Assembly (NCBI GenBank): GCA_035221665.1
Contig: CM069137.1
Location: forward strand, 79,050,001-79,114,000
Length of the DNA stretch: 64,000 nucleotides
Direction of reading: 5' to 3'
From: Okamejei kenojei
Taxonomy: Eukaryota
Below are positions 63,525 through 64,000 of this stretch, piece by piece. The notes beneath the pieces are model-generated. The model was not told the DNA's origin. It did no database searches and saw only the letters and a program-made list of their open reading frames with translations. Position 1 is the stretch's first letter. Each line of letters opens with the position of its first letter. The translations under genes and the position numbers were made by a program.

Positions 63525-63925
63525 ACAAAAACAAAACAGAATACAGAAAGAACTCAACAGGCCAAGCAGCATCTGTGCAGGCAAAAGGTGTATGTGGAAC
63601 GATTTGGGTCAAGAGGAAAGAGGAACTGTACGAGGGAAAGGCTAGAGAGAGGCTGGTAGGTGGCAGGTGGAAACAGATGCAAGAGGGACGAGGGCAGGTG
63701 GACAGATGGGAGAGGGATAGGACAGTGGCTGCTGGGTGATGAGCAGAAGCGGTAATGAGCAGATGGAACCAGGCATGGGAGGGGGTGGGGAAGGCACAAC
63801 TAAAGAGAGAAGAAAACTATTTGGACAGATGTGCGTGCGTGTGCGTGCGTTTGTGTGTGTATGTGCGAGTGTGAAGAACACCAGAATTACGTGTTACCTG
63901 AAATTGGAAAATTGGAAAATATAAT
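63525..63925 (-). mobile_element. Degraded Penelope-like 3' end and terminal repeat
   Basis: ...FSNFR* end of GIY-YIG at ~63894-63912; repeat body gcagcatctgtg...aactca at 63545-63580. Confidence 0.55.
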
Positions 63926-64000
63926 CTAGTAGATGAGATGGGGAGCTTACAAAATACCTGCAGTTGACCTATGGAAAACTAAGAGAGTGGGTGGAGATTT

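Noticed and set aside
63890-63925. Donor-like tttcag|gtaac as a possible PDE1A first exon
   Set aside because: It is the end of a Penelope GIY-YIG remnant; no PDE1A N-terminal peptide is visible in 61014-64000.

Overview
Eukaryotic DNA, most likely from a cartilaginous fish such as a skate or ray (inferred from HE1-type V-SINEs and CR1/HER1-type LINE tails). The window lies inside a calmodulin-dependent cyclic nucleotide phosphodiesterase gene, PDE1A, on the minus strand. I traced 12 homologous coding exons (61013 to 15553) with GT-AG borders, plus one candidate C-terminal exon (3323-3631); the first exon(s) lie beyond the right edge. The introns are dense in transposons: two DIRS-type tyrosine-recombinase retrotransposons with recognisable ITR/ICR ends, many CR1 and L2/Rex LINE fragments, HE1 SINEs, hAT/Harbinger/Tc1 DNA elements, and Penelope-derived repeats carrying minimal hammerhead ribozyme motifs. 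Most notable observations: (1) a perfect 38-nt antisense copy of the catalytic YHN-encoding exon segment inserted into a SINE in the upstream intron; (2) splice signals in DIRS that could express its three ORFs; (3) a +1 frameshift in a late PDE1A exon; (4) a partly duplicated exon that could act as a poison exon; (5) a deletion-riddled 5.5-kb stretch that may be an assembly artefact. Comparisons with human PDE1A are from memory, not from a database search. Repeat boundaries are approximate unless TSDs are given.
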